Origin: the human T2T-CHM13v2.0 reference genome, Homo sapiens
Strand: one strand, 5' to 3'
Length of the DNA: 64,000 bases
Assembly (NCBI RefSeq): GCF_009914755.1
Contig: NC_060939.1
This document shows, piece by piece, positions 1 to 14,942 of this stretch. Numbering within the stretch: the first letter of the stretch is position 1; each line of letters starts with the position of its first letter. The translations under genes and the position numbers were made by a program. Under the pieces are notes generated by a model. That model was not told where the DNA came from and made no database searches. It saw nothing but the letters and a program-made list of their open reading frames with translations.

Positions 1-497
1 GGGAAAGATGGAGAAAACATCTGAAGGGCCCCTTAACCAGGAAATGTGTTGGAGCTTCACAGGAATGTAAGAAAGAGGCAGACGAGCAGTTAATTAAAGA
101 AACAAAGACATGTCAGGAAAATTCAGATGTGTTTCAGCAAGAACAAGGCATCTCTGACTTACTTGGAAAAAGTGGAATTACTGAAGATGCCAGAGTTTTG
201 AAAACTGAATGTGATTCTTGGAGTAGGATTTCTAATCCTTCAGCCTTCTCCATTGTTCCTAGGAGAGCTGCAAAAAGCAGCAGAGGGAATGGACATTTTC
301 AGGGTCACTTACTGCTACCTGGAGAACAGATACAACCAAAGCAAGAGAAGAAGGGTGGGAGAAGCAGTGCTGACTTCACTGTTTTGGATTTGGAAGAAGA
401 TGATGAAGATGATAATGAGAAAACTGATGATTCTATTGATGAAATTGTGGATGTTGTTTCTGACTACCAGAGTGAGGAGGTTGATGATGTAGAAAAG
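1..497 (+). CDS. MGA: MGA large internal coding exon, 3' part (5'-truncated by window; likely exon 17)
   Basis: Frame is open from position 3 (ERWRKHLKG...EEVDDVEK). Donor AAG|GTGGTG at 498, with an alternative at 501. Joins in frame to the downstream bHLH exons. Confidence 0.93.
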
Positions 498-1177
498 GTG
501 GTGAGCCCATTTTTGTTGTGACTGAAACCTAAAGGATTTAAATGATTTATTAAAGACAGAAGCTTTTTCAGAAGAGCACTAAGGCATAATACATTTAATT
601 GGATGCCTAGGTTTAAGATTATGACTTAAATGGCTTAGTAGTTCTTTAGGCTGTGTCAATCAAGCATCATTTATTGAGCTTTTATTCTTTGAGACTTGTC
701 TGGTTTTATGGGAAGGCTGGCTTAAATATTTGGGGGATAGGTGCTTGAGAATCCCTACCGAGTTAGATTTTTAAAATCCCGAAACCACTACTCCCATTTG
801 ACCTCAGTCAATTTCTATGACGTTTTCTATGTGAGGTGGTTGTAGCTTCTCTGGTAGATGTTAATCAGAAACTGGGAATGGGTGACCTTAGAACTAGAGG
901 AGAACTTATTCACTTGCATATAGAGAGATGTTTTTGTTTTTGGAGAAAAACTGGAAAATACCATCATATTCTAGTACCATTTTGCCTTGAGTTGCTTTTA
1001 TATCCAAAAATTAAATATTTAGTCTCTGGAATTTATATTCTAGACTTTGGTCTTCGTCCTTTGTAATATGACCTTTATGGCCTATTTTTATTATTTTCCT
1101 GAAGTTTTTTTTATAGGATTCCTATTTAGGGTTGTTGTATTTACTTAAATAAGTAACTGTCAGGTATTGATACAGTG

Positions 1178-1688
<511 letters not shown>

Positions 1689-1902
1689 TCATAACCAGCT
1701 GCCTGTGGAGTGCCCTAAAATCTAAACTGTGTCCTTCTTTTCAGGAGCAGATGACAGCCGTCTGCACTGATTGTCATACAACTGCTTGTTTTACAATCTC
1801 ACTTCCTTGAGATTCATTCTGCCTCTGTGTTATCTGGTCCTTTTCTGTTATTGCTTAACTGCTTTATGCACATAAAATAAGACAAAAAGATTACTGTTTT
1901 AA

Positions 1903-2132
<230 letters not shown>

Positions 2133-2432
2133 AATGTTCTTATATTGGTTATTTGAGTACCTCCATTGTCTCATTTATAAAGGAGGATCTTGCTCTAAAA
2201 TTGGATGATTCTGTATTCATTTGACTTATACCTTCTCTCCATAGCCTAATCTTTTTCAAGAATGGATGTAAATTCATTGACTTTAGGAGTTATATTGCTG
2301 ATTTTTTTGTGTTTTTTGCAGTCTCACACTGTAAGTCAGCCCAAGTTAACATGAGACCAAAAAACAGTTCAACTTTAAAACCAGTGAAAACTATTACTAT
2401 TAGTGGAACTTACATAATAGAACCTTTAAAGT

Positions 2433-2741
2433 TTTTTTTTTTTTTTTTTTTTTTTTTAACAGAGTCTCGCTTTGTCGCCCAGGCTGGAGTGCAGTGGTGC
2501 CATCTCGGCTCACTGCATCCTCTGCCTTCTCGGTTCAAGCGATTCTTCTGCCTCAGCCTCCCGAGTAGCTTGGGATTACAGGTGGGCACCACCATGCCCA
2601 GCTAATTTTTGTATTTTTTTAGTAAAGACAGGGTTTCACCATATTGGCCAGGCTGGTCTTGAACTCCTGACCTCAGGTGATCCACCCACGTTGGCCTCCC
2701 AAAAGTGCTGGGATTACAGGCATGAGCAACTGCCTCCGGCC
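2433..2741 (-). mobile_element. Alu (AluS-like)
   Basis: Poly-T followed by full antisense Alu. Confidence 0.93.
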
Positions 2742-3010
2742 TGAAGTATCTTAATCATACAAGGAGGCATTGCTTGAATGTACTAATAGGGAATTTGACA
2801 AGCAAACAAGTTATACTGACTTTTTTTTTAAAGGTCATATTAAGCGATCTCTAAAATCTAAAGTCTACACTGTTTTTATTTGCACATCTCACACCTACGT
2901 TACCTTTATGATTAGCATTGGAATACTGTGAGGGAAGTTGTAAATAGCTTCTTTAATTTAAATCTTCCTTGTGGAAGTTATTGGAATATTATTTAGAAAT
3001 ACTGCAGTTA

Positions 3011-3226
3011 TGCCAGGCGCTGTAGCTCTCGCCTGTAATTCCAACACTTTGGGAGGCTGAGGCAGGCGGATCACCTGAGGTCAGGAGTTTGAGACCAGCC
3101 TGGCCAACATGGTGAAACCCCATCTCTACTAACAATACACAAATTAGCCAGGTGTGGTGGCACAGTCCTAGAGTCCCAACTACTCGGGAGGCTGAAGCAG
3201 GAGAATCGTTTGAATCCCGGGAGGTG
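3011..3226 (+). mobile_element. Alu, 3'-truncated
   Basis: Left arm plus partial right arm. Confidence 0.88.
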
Positions 3227-3794
3227 GGCTCATTTACTATGTTTCTGGCATAGTAAACACTTTTTTTTTTTTTTTGAGGGGGCACAGAAATGTTGCAAGC
3301 AAATACTATTTGTAAAGGTGGACTTAAAAAGATCTGCTTATCCTGTATATCCACATAACTCTAGTGTTACATAAAATATTTAGCAAGTTTCTGTGACAGG
3401 TGCTCAGTAAACACTTTGACTCCTTTTTTGGTATAATAAGGAAATACAGCAATCGTGGGCTTTTTTGAAACCTGAAATTCCTTACAAGCTCTCATTTTGT
3501 GGTTTTGAGAGAGTTGCAGGACTAGGCTGTATCCTATTTCTATACCTGCCTGTGTATGCTAATGTGTGTTGATTTGTGGGCATCTGATAGGATGTTGGTC
3601 ATGAAGCCCCCTTAAAGTGGCACTTGAATTTTTCTCCTTTCTATATTTCTTTCACCAAATTTTATTTTACTGTTATTTAATCTTAAGATTTATGAAACCT
3701 TAATATATCTGTGCCTGAATTTTGTCCACTAGAAATAACACTGAAGCATCAGTGCAGTCCTTTGAGGATGCTGTTAAGTTTAATTATGTCTGTT

Positions 3795-4116
<322 letters not shown>

Positions 4117-4319
4117 TAGTTCTTGATTGTTAATTCTAATGATATGTTATCTTTCTGTCTTAATTCCTTATTATGACTAACAATCTTAGGATTATCAGTA
4201 CTCATGATATAACATGAATGTCTGGCATTAGTTGGTTTTATAAGGGGAACAAGCATTTGAAAAGTTTAGGTGTGCTTGCCACTCAATACATTATTTACTT
4301 TTATAATGATGTATTTCAG

Positions 4320-4450
4320 AATAACTGTGTAGAATACATTGAGGATGATGAGGAGCACGTGGACATTGAGACTGTAGAAGAGCTCTCAGAGGAAATTAAT
4401 GTTGCTCACCTGAAGACCACAGCGGCCCACACACAGTCATTCAAACAGCC
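4320..4450 (+). CDS. MGA: MGA coding exon (NNCVEYIEDD...SFKQP)
   Basis: tttcag| acceptor and CC|gtaagt donor; 131 nt, phase 0 to 2. Confidence 0.95.
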
Positions 4451-4629
4451 GTAAGTCTTATTTCTCTTTGGATTGTTGTTTTTGTAGTTTTGTAACCAGA
4501 AACAAAATGAGATGTTCTGTTCAGGAGCTCTGGGTAACTCATCTGGTTCCTTCTTCCTCTAGCTTTTTTTCTGATTAGTATAGATGAGGAGAGGAACTAG
4601 AATTTGGGTAATTAATTTTCTTTGGTCGT

Positions 4630-4870
4630 TGGTAGGAGGCAGTGTGTAAATGTGAATAACATGCTTTTGGAGCCCGATAGACTGGTATTATAAAATATTA
4701 GTTTTGCTAGTTTGTAGGTATTTAACCTTGGGCAAATCTTTAATCTCTCTGAACCTCAGATTCTTTACCTATGAAATGAGGAAAATGCCCCCATTTGAAG
4801 TGTTAAATGAGGTAGTATGTGCAACTAGCATAATAACTGATATAAGTGGACTACTCAACAAAGGTTAGTT
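4630..4870 (+). mobile_element. MIR
   Basis: MIR core ccttgggcaaatctttaatctctctgaacctcagattc. Confidence 0.65.
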
Positions 4871-5312
4871 TCTTTTATCATTTAAGAATAGGCATTACAT
4901 TCTAAATTTGGTTACTTTACTAGTTGAACAGGTGAGATACAGGTAGGAAAATTTTTCTTCCTGTTTCACTGGTGAGATGAAAATATGAAAGGAATGATGA
5001 CTTGCTCAGGAAAATTTATTTCATTTTCTGTTTTAGTAAGCCTTATATTGATTATGGATTGGGCTGTGAGAAAGAGTAGAGAAGGAAGATATTTTGTGCC
5101 AGACATTGTACTTTTCCTGTCATCTCATTAACTACGATGATATGAAAGTAGCTATGAGTTGAGAAAGAATAATTCTTCGTTCCTACTGATGCTGAGAAAG
5201 TTGAAGGAGTAGAAAGTAGGACTAATAGTTTTCTTCAGTCCGGAGCTGTTTGCAGGCTACTTCAGTTACCTACTGGCTAAACTTGAAAGAATTTAAATCC
5301 CTTAAAAACTTA

Positions 5313-6600
<1,288 letters not shown>

Positions 6601-6639
6601 TGCGTATCAACATATCTCAGGTGTAATTTATTTGTACTT

Positions 6640-6776
6640 TTATTTTCGATATTTTTTGTAGAGACGGAGTCTTGCTATGTTGGCCAGGCTAATTTTGAAC
6701 TCCTGGCCTCAACCAGTCCTCGTGCCTTGGCCTCCTAAAGTTCTGGGATTACAGGCATTAGCTACTGTGCCTGGCC
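6640..6776 (-). mobile_element. Alu monomer (FLAM-like)
   Basis: Single antisense left arm. Confidence 0.8.
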
Positions 6777-7109
6777 TTCAGGTGGAATATTGAATGAAAC
6801 AAATGAGTTGCAGAAAGATATAGTATAGTATATAATATTTAAAGTGGTACTTTTTTTGTTTAGATATATATATATATATATTTCTAGTAAGACTTACAAA
6901 AGTGTGCATGGTAAACTCTGTCTTAGAATGGTTACTTTTGAGAAGGAAGGAAGGGAATGTGATTGAGTAGACTGCACATAGAACCTTCTGTATTTTTGAG
7001 ATGTATTATTTCTCAAGCTAGATGGTTCATATGTGGGTGTTCATTATACGCTTGGTCCTCCTTCACGGATGGGAAGACCAAGTTTATAATGGAAAAGCAT
7101 GTATCCACA

Positions 7110-7428
7110 AATATAGAAAGCATGTATTTGTGGATTCACCCAACTGTGGATTGGAAATACTTGGAAGAAGAAAAATTGCATCTGTATTGAACATGTATAG
7201 ACTTTATTTTCATGTCATTATTCCCTAAACAATACAGTATAACAACTGTTTACTTAGTTTTTACATTGTACTAGGTGTTATAAGTAATGTAGGGATGATT
7301 TATAGTATACAGGAGGAGGTGCCTATGTTATATGCAAATACTATGCCATTTTATATCAGGGACTTGAGTATTCAAAGATACTGCTGGAAGTTTTGGAACG
7401 AGTCTTCCCTGGATACTGAAGGACAACT
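7110..7428 (-). mobile_element. MER2 (TcMar-Tigger MITE)
   Basis: ttatatgcaaatactatgccattttatatcagggacttgag...ggatactgaaggacaact matches MER2 reverse complement as I recall it. Confidence 0.75.
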
Positions 7429-7672
7429 TTAAATTTGTTTATATGGTTTTGTATATTAAATATTTCATGATTGTACAAAGTAATTTGAAGTTTTAGTGAC
7501 TATTTGTACACTTTTAGAGAAAATATATAATGTCAAGTAAATAATGTGGCCATATATCACACCTTGGGAAAAAGAAACTGGTTGTAATTTGGAATGGTTT
7601 GGTTGTAGCTGTGAAATAGGTCTTAGATTATTAAATTTCAGTAAGACACTGAAAAATCCTGTCTTTATCCAG

Positions 7673-7724
7673 GTCCTGTACTCACATCTCTGCAGATGAA
7701 AAAGCAGCTGAAAGGAGTCGAAAG
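7673..7724 (+). CDS. MGA: MGA coding exon (SCTHISADEKAAERSRK)
   Basis: ctttatccag| acceptor and AAG|gtattt donor; 52 nt restores phase 0. Confidence 0.92.
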
Positions 7725-9322
7725 GTATTTAGGATATATTTAGTGATAATTACTCATTGAATAAAATTGTTAACATTTATCTTAGGGTTGAAACAACATT
7801 AGCTATATTAGCCACGATTTTTTCTCAGGGCTATTTTTGCCAGTGAGTTAATATAATCAGTTTTTTCTCCTTAATCAAATTATACTGCTAATGTCCTTTT
7901 TTTCCCTTTTAATTCTTCTCCTCAGAGGATAGACTAATGTAGAGGAGTTAAAAATGGATATGAAATTTATGAGAATATATGTGGTTATTTGAAAACTGTT
8001 CTTGTAATGGTCTGATGTAAAACAAGGTGCCATTCTTTCTTGCTTGGGCTCATGATTTTAAGTGATTTAAAAAACTATGCTCTGCAAAATGGCTAGCAGT
8101 TAGGGATCCATGAAAAAATAAACCTTTAATTTTCTTAATCTTTTTGGTTTATATCATAGTAACATAATTAAGCAGGGTTTTTTGTTTATCCTAACCAACA
8201 GTAGGCATGGAGGAGAGTTTGGTTTGTTTAAATTGTTTTCCACTTGTTTTTCTATCTTAATTTAAAAGATTAAAAAAAGACAATGATGGGGGTTGGGTTG
8301 AAGTAGAGGGTGGCATTTGGTTCCTTTAAAAAATCATAGTGCAGTTTGTTTGGTTTTGATCTGATTTGGGACTTATATGATACAGCGTATTTGCATGGTT
8401 GTAATTATTTGCATATATCATTATATTTGGCTTTTAAAAATTTATTCTGAAGCATTTTTCAGATATAACAAGAATTTTCATAATAGCTTATTTACATAAT
8501 TCATTGTTTTGTACCCAAATAATTACATGCAAATTCTTGCTGCACTTTGCTATATTTAATGTTTATATTGCTTTTCTTTCTGTCTTCTTGGCTGTTTTAT
8601 TCTCCCATTCTATGTTAATGCATAATGGGTTTAACTTTAGAAAGGCAGTGGCTTTTACATTAGAGTTTTTGGTTACGGTCAGAGTTACGATTAAGCAAAC
8701 AGTGTCAGAAAAAGAGACAATTAGAAACATCAGAGGGAAAAATCACAAAACCAAGAAACTGCACAGGACAGGAAATATTATTCACTTTGTATGAGTAGTG
8801 TTTATAATGTCATAATAGTTAATGTTGATGCTTTTTTAACGTTTATAACCTGTGATTAAAATATAGAAGACTTAATTTCAGTCTTGAAAATGTGAGAATA
8901 CAAATGACAAATTGGGAGGTGAGAGAGGGAAGAAGAAATAAAGGGAAGGATACAGGTGCTGATACCCTCATTTTACAAAGTAGAAAGGCAAGATAGATTG
9001 TTTATTGTTGATGAAATAAGAAATTAAGGTAGAATTCAAGTTGCTAAGGGATCAGTAGAACAGCTAAAAGTAGTGATGTAACTATATTGGGATGATAAGA
9101 TGGTAAGACATAAGAGTGATGTGAGCTAAATCCTCTTCTGCATAGCAAGAAGTCAATAGATAGCATTGAAAATGGAAAAAAATAAGCTTATGTTACTATT
9201 TTTGGTTTAGGATATAGATTTAAGAACTAGAAGAAGCTGCTAAAAGAATTAAAAAGTGATTGTTTCTGAGGATCCAGGTACAAGTTCAGGGCACAGTTGC
9301 TTTTCATTATAAGCTTCTTAAT

Positions 9323-9488
9323 ATGTGTGTGTGTGTGTGTGTGTGTGTATTTTTTTTTTTTTTTTTTGTAAAGATGAAGTCTTACTGTGTTGCCTGTGTT
9401 AGTCTCAAACTCCTGGCTTCAAGTGATCCCCTACCTTGGCGTCCAAAAGTGCTGGAAATTACAGGTGTGAGCCACTGTGCCTGGCCAG
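9323..9488 (-). repeat. (TG)n microsatellite fused to an antisense Alu monomer
   Basis: About 12 TG units, then poly-T and a FLAM-like arm. Confidence 0.8.
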
Positions 9489-10206
9489 CCTTTTCATATA
9501 TTTTAAGTCCTATATGCAAAGATTGTAATAGAATAAATAAGATAGAGAAAGGAGGCTTTAAGCCTTTCTGGGGATCAAGAAGGACTTTCCTGAAAAAGTG
9601 CAGAGTTTGAGTTTTAAGTGTTAAGTTTTAAATGTTAAGTTTTAAATGTTATGGGGGTTTAGGTAAGAGGTGGGATAAGTAATCTAGGTACAGGTAAAAA
9701 GCCTGTGTAATGTCAGGGAGGTGTGGGATTGTGTAGTATATTTTGGGAATTTCTAGCAGATAGGAATGGTTGGAGAGAAAGGTGATTTAGAAGAGTGGCA
9801 GTTGATTTTTTACCAGATTGAGGAGGATCTTACAGTATTTTTTGAAAAACATTTAATGTAATTTGTATCATGAAAACAAGTTTTAGTAATACAATAAATT
9901 ACTTAAGCTCTTTCAGATCTCGTACGCCTGTAACATATACAATTTCTTCCTCATTTGAAAATCACTGAAATTTGAACTGAGAGCTGGTAAGATCACTTTA
10001 GCATGTATTAGAAATTACACTGTTGGCATTGTAAGAGTTAGATTTGAAGGAAGGATAGACTGGTAGTAAGATGACCAATTGAGAGGCTGTTACAACAGTC
10101 CAGACAAAAGGTAATGAGTGCCTGAAATAGGGCAGTGTCATTTGAAACAGAGTAAGAGGGCCAACTACATGTTCAAGATGTTTAGGAGGCAATCTTGTTT
10201 GGACAG

Positions 10207-10413
10207 GCTCCACCAATTCCTCTAAAACTGAAGCCTGATTACTGGAGTGACAAACTACAGAAAGAAGCAGAAGCGTTTGCTTATTATCGCCGGACACACA
10301 CTGCCAATGAGCGGCGGCGGCGTGGTGAAATGAGGGATCTCTTTGAGAAATTAAAGATCACATTGGGATTACTTCATTCTTCCAAGGTTTCCAAAAGTCT
10401 CATTCTTACTCGA
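10207..10413 (+). CDS. MGA: MGA exon encoding bHLH basic region, helix 1 and loop
   Basis: APPIPLK...RRTHTANERRRRGEMRDLFEKLK...KSLILTR has the H-E-R basic signature of CACGTG-binding MYC/MAX-family bHLH proteins; ggacag| and CGA|gtaagt; 207 nt. Confidence 0.97.
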
Positions 10414-10550
10414 GTAAGTGTTCTGTGTAAATGACAGTAAGAGCTTGACTAAGAGATTCTTACCGATGATATGAGAAAGATAATCCACTGACATATAAGG
10501 GAGATTGAAATAGAGCTGCTTAAATGTAACAGATGAATATGGACTAGTGA

Positions 10551-10953
<403 letters not shown>

Positions 10954-11621
10954 AAAAGTCAGGTTCTTTATTGGCACAGCTATCCTTTCTTCAGATAGAG
11001 TCAGAAACTCTGGTTAGCCATGTTGACCACATTCTCGTTACATTGGTGTTCTTGATAGCACTTAGTACAGGTTATCACAGCATAAAGCACAGCATAAGTG
11101 ATATTTTAATATGCTTAACAGTTGACAGTCATTTTAAAAGAAAACCTGAAATATTCAAGGGAGCAGAAGTTTTAATTTTGCATGTAGAATATCTAAAGTA
11201 ATTTCGTTTAAACAGTTTTTAAGTAGAAGGTGGAGGAGTACAGGATAAGCATTCATATCCCTCTAGAGCAGTTATTTCAACCAGATTTTGGTTAGACTAG
11301 GAGTTGATCTTAAAGTTGATTATTAAAATCTAAGCAGAGCACAGGTGTTTTGTATCTCCTCGCAGTGGTGGAATACCTACTACCATTCAGTGATGCTCTT
11401 TGGAAATAATCATGGTCACATTCCTTAAAAGTGTAAGCCAGAAATCCTCTTACAGTTTAACAAAAAATAATTTCTGAAACATCAACAATTGTTAATGGAA
11501 TTTAAAAATTCTCTTAAGATGTCAGATTAAGTTTTTTTTCATTAGAGAAATTGTATAGGCCTTAGCTGTGTTTAAAGAAAGAGTGGATCAATTTTCAATA
11601 ATACCACTATTTGTATTCTAG

Positions 11622-11733
11622 GCCTTCAGTGAAATTCAGGGACTAACAGATCAGGCAGACAAATTGATAGGACAGAAAAATCTCCTGACTCGAAAACGGA
11701 ATATTCTGATACGGAAAGTATCGTCTCTTTCAG
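11622..11733 (+). CDS. MGA: MGA exon encoding helix 2 and leucine zipper
   Basis: AFSEIQGLTDQADKLIGQKNLLTRKRNILIRKVSSLS; ttctag| and CAG|gtgaga; 112 nt. Confidence 0.95.
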
Positions 11734-12011
11734 GTGAGATAAGTAAATAATCTCTGGTAAAGAGCATAATTATAGCTTTATCAAGAAGAAATCCTCAGTA
11801 GATCTTTCAGATACTTAATTGAAAGCTTGGCTCCCACAGTTTACAGCACAGTTATCCTTTGACTGGGTGGTGGGTTGTTTCTTGTGAATTGTAATCACCT
11901 TACTTTCCATAGTTTTTGGGAATATAGTTAAAGCAACTAGATTTCTGTTGACTCTGTTTCTCATTATGTGGCGTAATGCTGAAAGTGCTAATGTATTCTG
12001 TTAACTTACAG

Positions 12012-12245
12012 GTAAGACAGAAGAAGTGGTCCTGAAGAAGCTAGAGTATATTTATGCAAAACAGCAAGCACTAGAGGCACAAAAAAGAAAAAAGAAGATG
12101 GGATCAGATGAGTTTGACATATCTCCCAGAATTAGCAAACAGCAGGAAGGATCTTCTGCATCATCTGTAGATCTTGGACAGATGTTTATAAATAACAGGA
12201 GGGGGAAACCTTTGATTCTTTCCAGAAAAAAAGACCAGGCCACAG
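12012..12245 (+). CDS. MGA: MGA coding exon (GKTEEVVLKK...KKDQAT), with basic NLS-like KRKKK
   Basis: ttacag| and CAG|gtaggg-type donor (gtagga); 234 nt, phase 1 to 1; matches ORF 12026..12274. Confidence 0.95.
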
Positions 12246-12342
12246 GTAGGAGGGACATTCTTCGCTTTCCTTAATGTAGATATACATCAGTTGACTTTAG
12301 TGGACTGACCACCTTCTCTTGTCCACATTTTTAGTTTTGTGT

Positions 12343-12344
<2 letters not shown>

Positions 12345-12373
<29 letters not shown>

Positions 12374-12650
12374 GGAGACAGCTCTGTCGCCCAGGCTGCA
12401 GTTGCAGTGATGTGATCTCAGCTCATTGCAACCTCCACCTCCCAGGTTCAAGCGATTATCTGCTTCAGCCTCCTGAGTAGCTGGGACTACAGCGAGCACC
12501 ACCATGCCCAATTTGTTTTTTTAATTTTTTAGTAGAGATGGGATTTTGCCCTGTTGGCCAGGCTAGTCTCAAACTCTTGACCTCAAGTGATCCACCCGCC
12601 TTGGCCTCCCAAAGTGCTGGGATTACAGGTGTGAGCAACCACACCCAGCC
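12345..12650 (-). mobile_element. Alu
   Basis: Poly-T plus full antisense Alu. Confidence 0.92.
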
Positions 12651-12933
12651 CACAGTTTTAGTTTTAATTAAATGAATTAAAGATGGGTTGTATAAAAAGT
12701 AGAATATTAACTACATTCGATTTTGGTTTCTGGTTGTAATACACACTCATGCAAATCCTGAGAAGTTACCAGTCCTGGTAGCATATTAGTCTATAGTCAT
12801 GTATTTTTAATGAGTAGTTTTTTAAACTTATCTTTTCAGACTTATACTTGACTTCGTGATTTCCCTGCAGTTCTACTGATGGGTTTAAGAAGTTGGGTCT
12901 AGCTGAGACCAATAAATGGGAAATTTTTTGTAA

Positions 12934-13282
<349 letters not shown>

Positions 13283-13342
13283 TCAGGCTCTATTTTTCAT
13301 CAGATCACTTACTTATTAATACATTACTATTAAGAAACAGTA

Positions 13343-13652
13343 GGCCGGATGCGGTGGCTCACGCCTGTAATCCCAGAACTTTGGGAGGCTGAGGCGGGCA
13401 GATCACCTGAGGTTGGGAGTTTGAGACTAGCCTGACTAACATGGAGAAACCCTGTCTCTACTAAAAATACAAAATTAGCCAGGTGTGGTGGCGCATGCCT
13501 GTAATCTCAGCTATTTAGGAGGCTGAGGCAGGAGAATCGCTTTAACCCGGAAGGTGGAAGTTGTGGTGAGCTGAGATCACACCATTGCATTCCAGCCTGG
13601 GCAACAAGCACGAAACTCTGTCTGAAACAAAACAAAACAAAACAAAACAAAA
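13343..13652 (+). mobile_element. Alu with (AAAAC)n tail
   Basis: Full sense Alu. Confidence 0.92.
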
Positions 13653-13741
13653 ACCCCAAAGTAAATTAGTCTTAACTTCTTATTACCATCTTGATTTTGG
13701 AAGTAAAGTTATATTGATTTTATGTGTTACTTATATTCTTA

Positions 13742-14060
<319 letters not shown>

Positions 14061-14133
14061 TGGTATATTCTTTTTTACTCTTTAAATGTTTGGATAGCCC
14101 AGTGTATGAGCCAAAAAAAATCTGGTGTGGGTA

Positions 14134-14722
<589 letters not shown>

Positions 14723-14765
14723 TGAATGCCTTTTATCTATAACTAATTTCTGATCTTTCTTACAG

Positions 14766-14942
14766 AAAATACCTCACCCTTGAACACTCCACACACCTCT
14801 GCCAACCTTGTGATGACTCCGCAAGGGCAATTGCTCACCCTAAAAGGTCCCCTATTCTCAGGACCAGTGGTAGCTGTTTCTCCTGATCTCTTAGAATCTG
14901 ATCTTAAGCCTCAAGTTGCCGGTAGTGCTGTGGCTCTACCAG
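14766..14942 (+). CDS. MGA: MGA penultimate coding exon (ENTSPLNTPH...AVALP)
   Basis: ctttcttacag| and CAG|gtatgt; 177 nt, phase 1 to 1, open frame. Confidence 0.94.

Noticed and set aside
1725-1810. Acceptor-like ccttctttcag| followed by 21 codons and a stop
   Set aside because: Short pyrimidine tract and no convincing donor or poly(A) signal nearby.
9610-9651. About three copies of a 14-mer AAGTTTTAAATGTT
   Set aside because: Ordinary AT-rich slippage repeat inside old repeat sequence.
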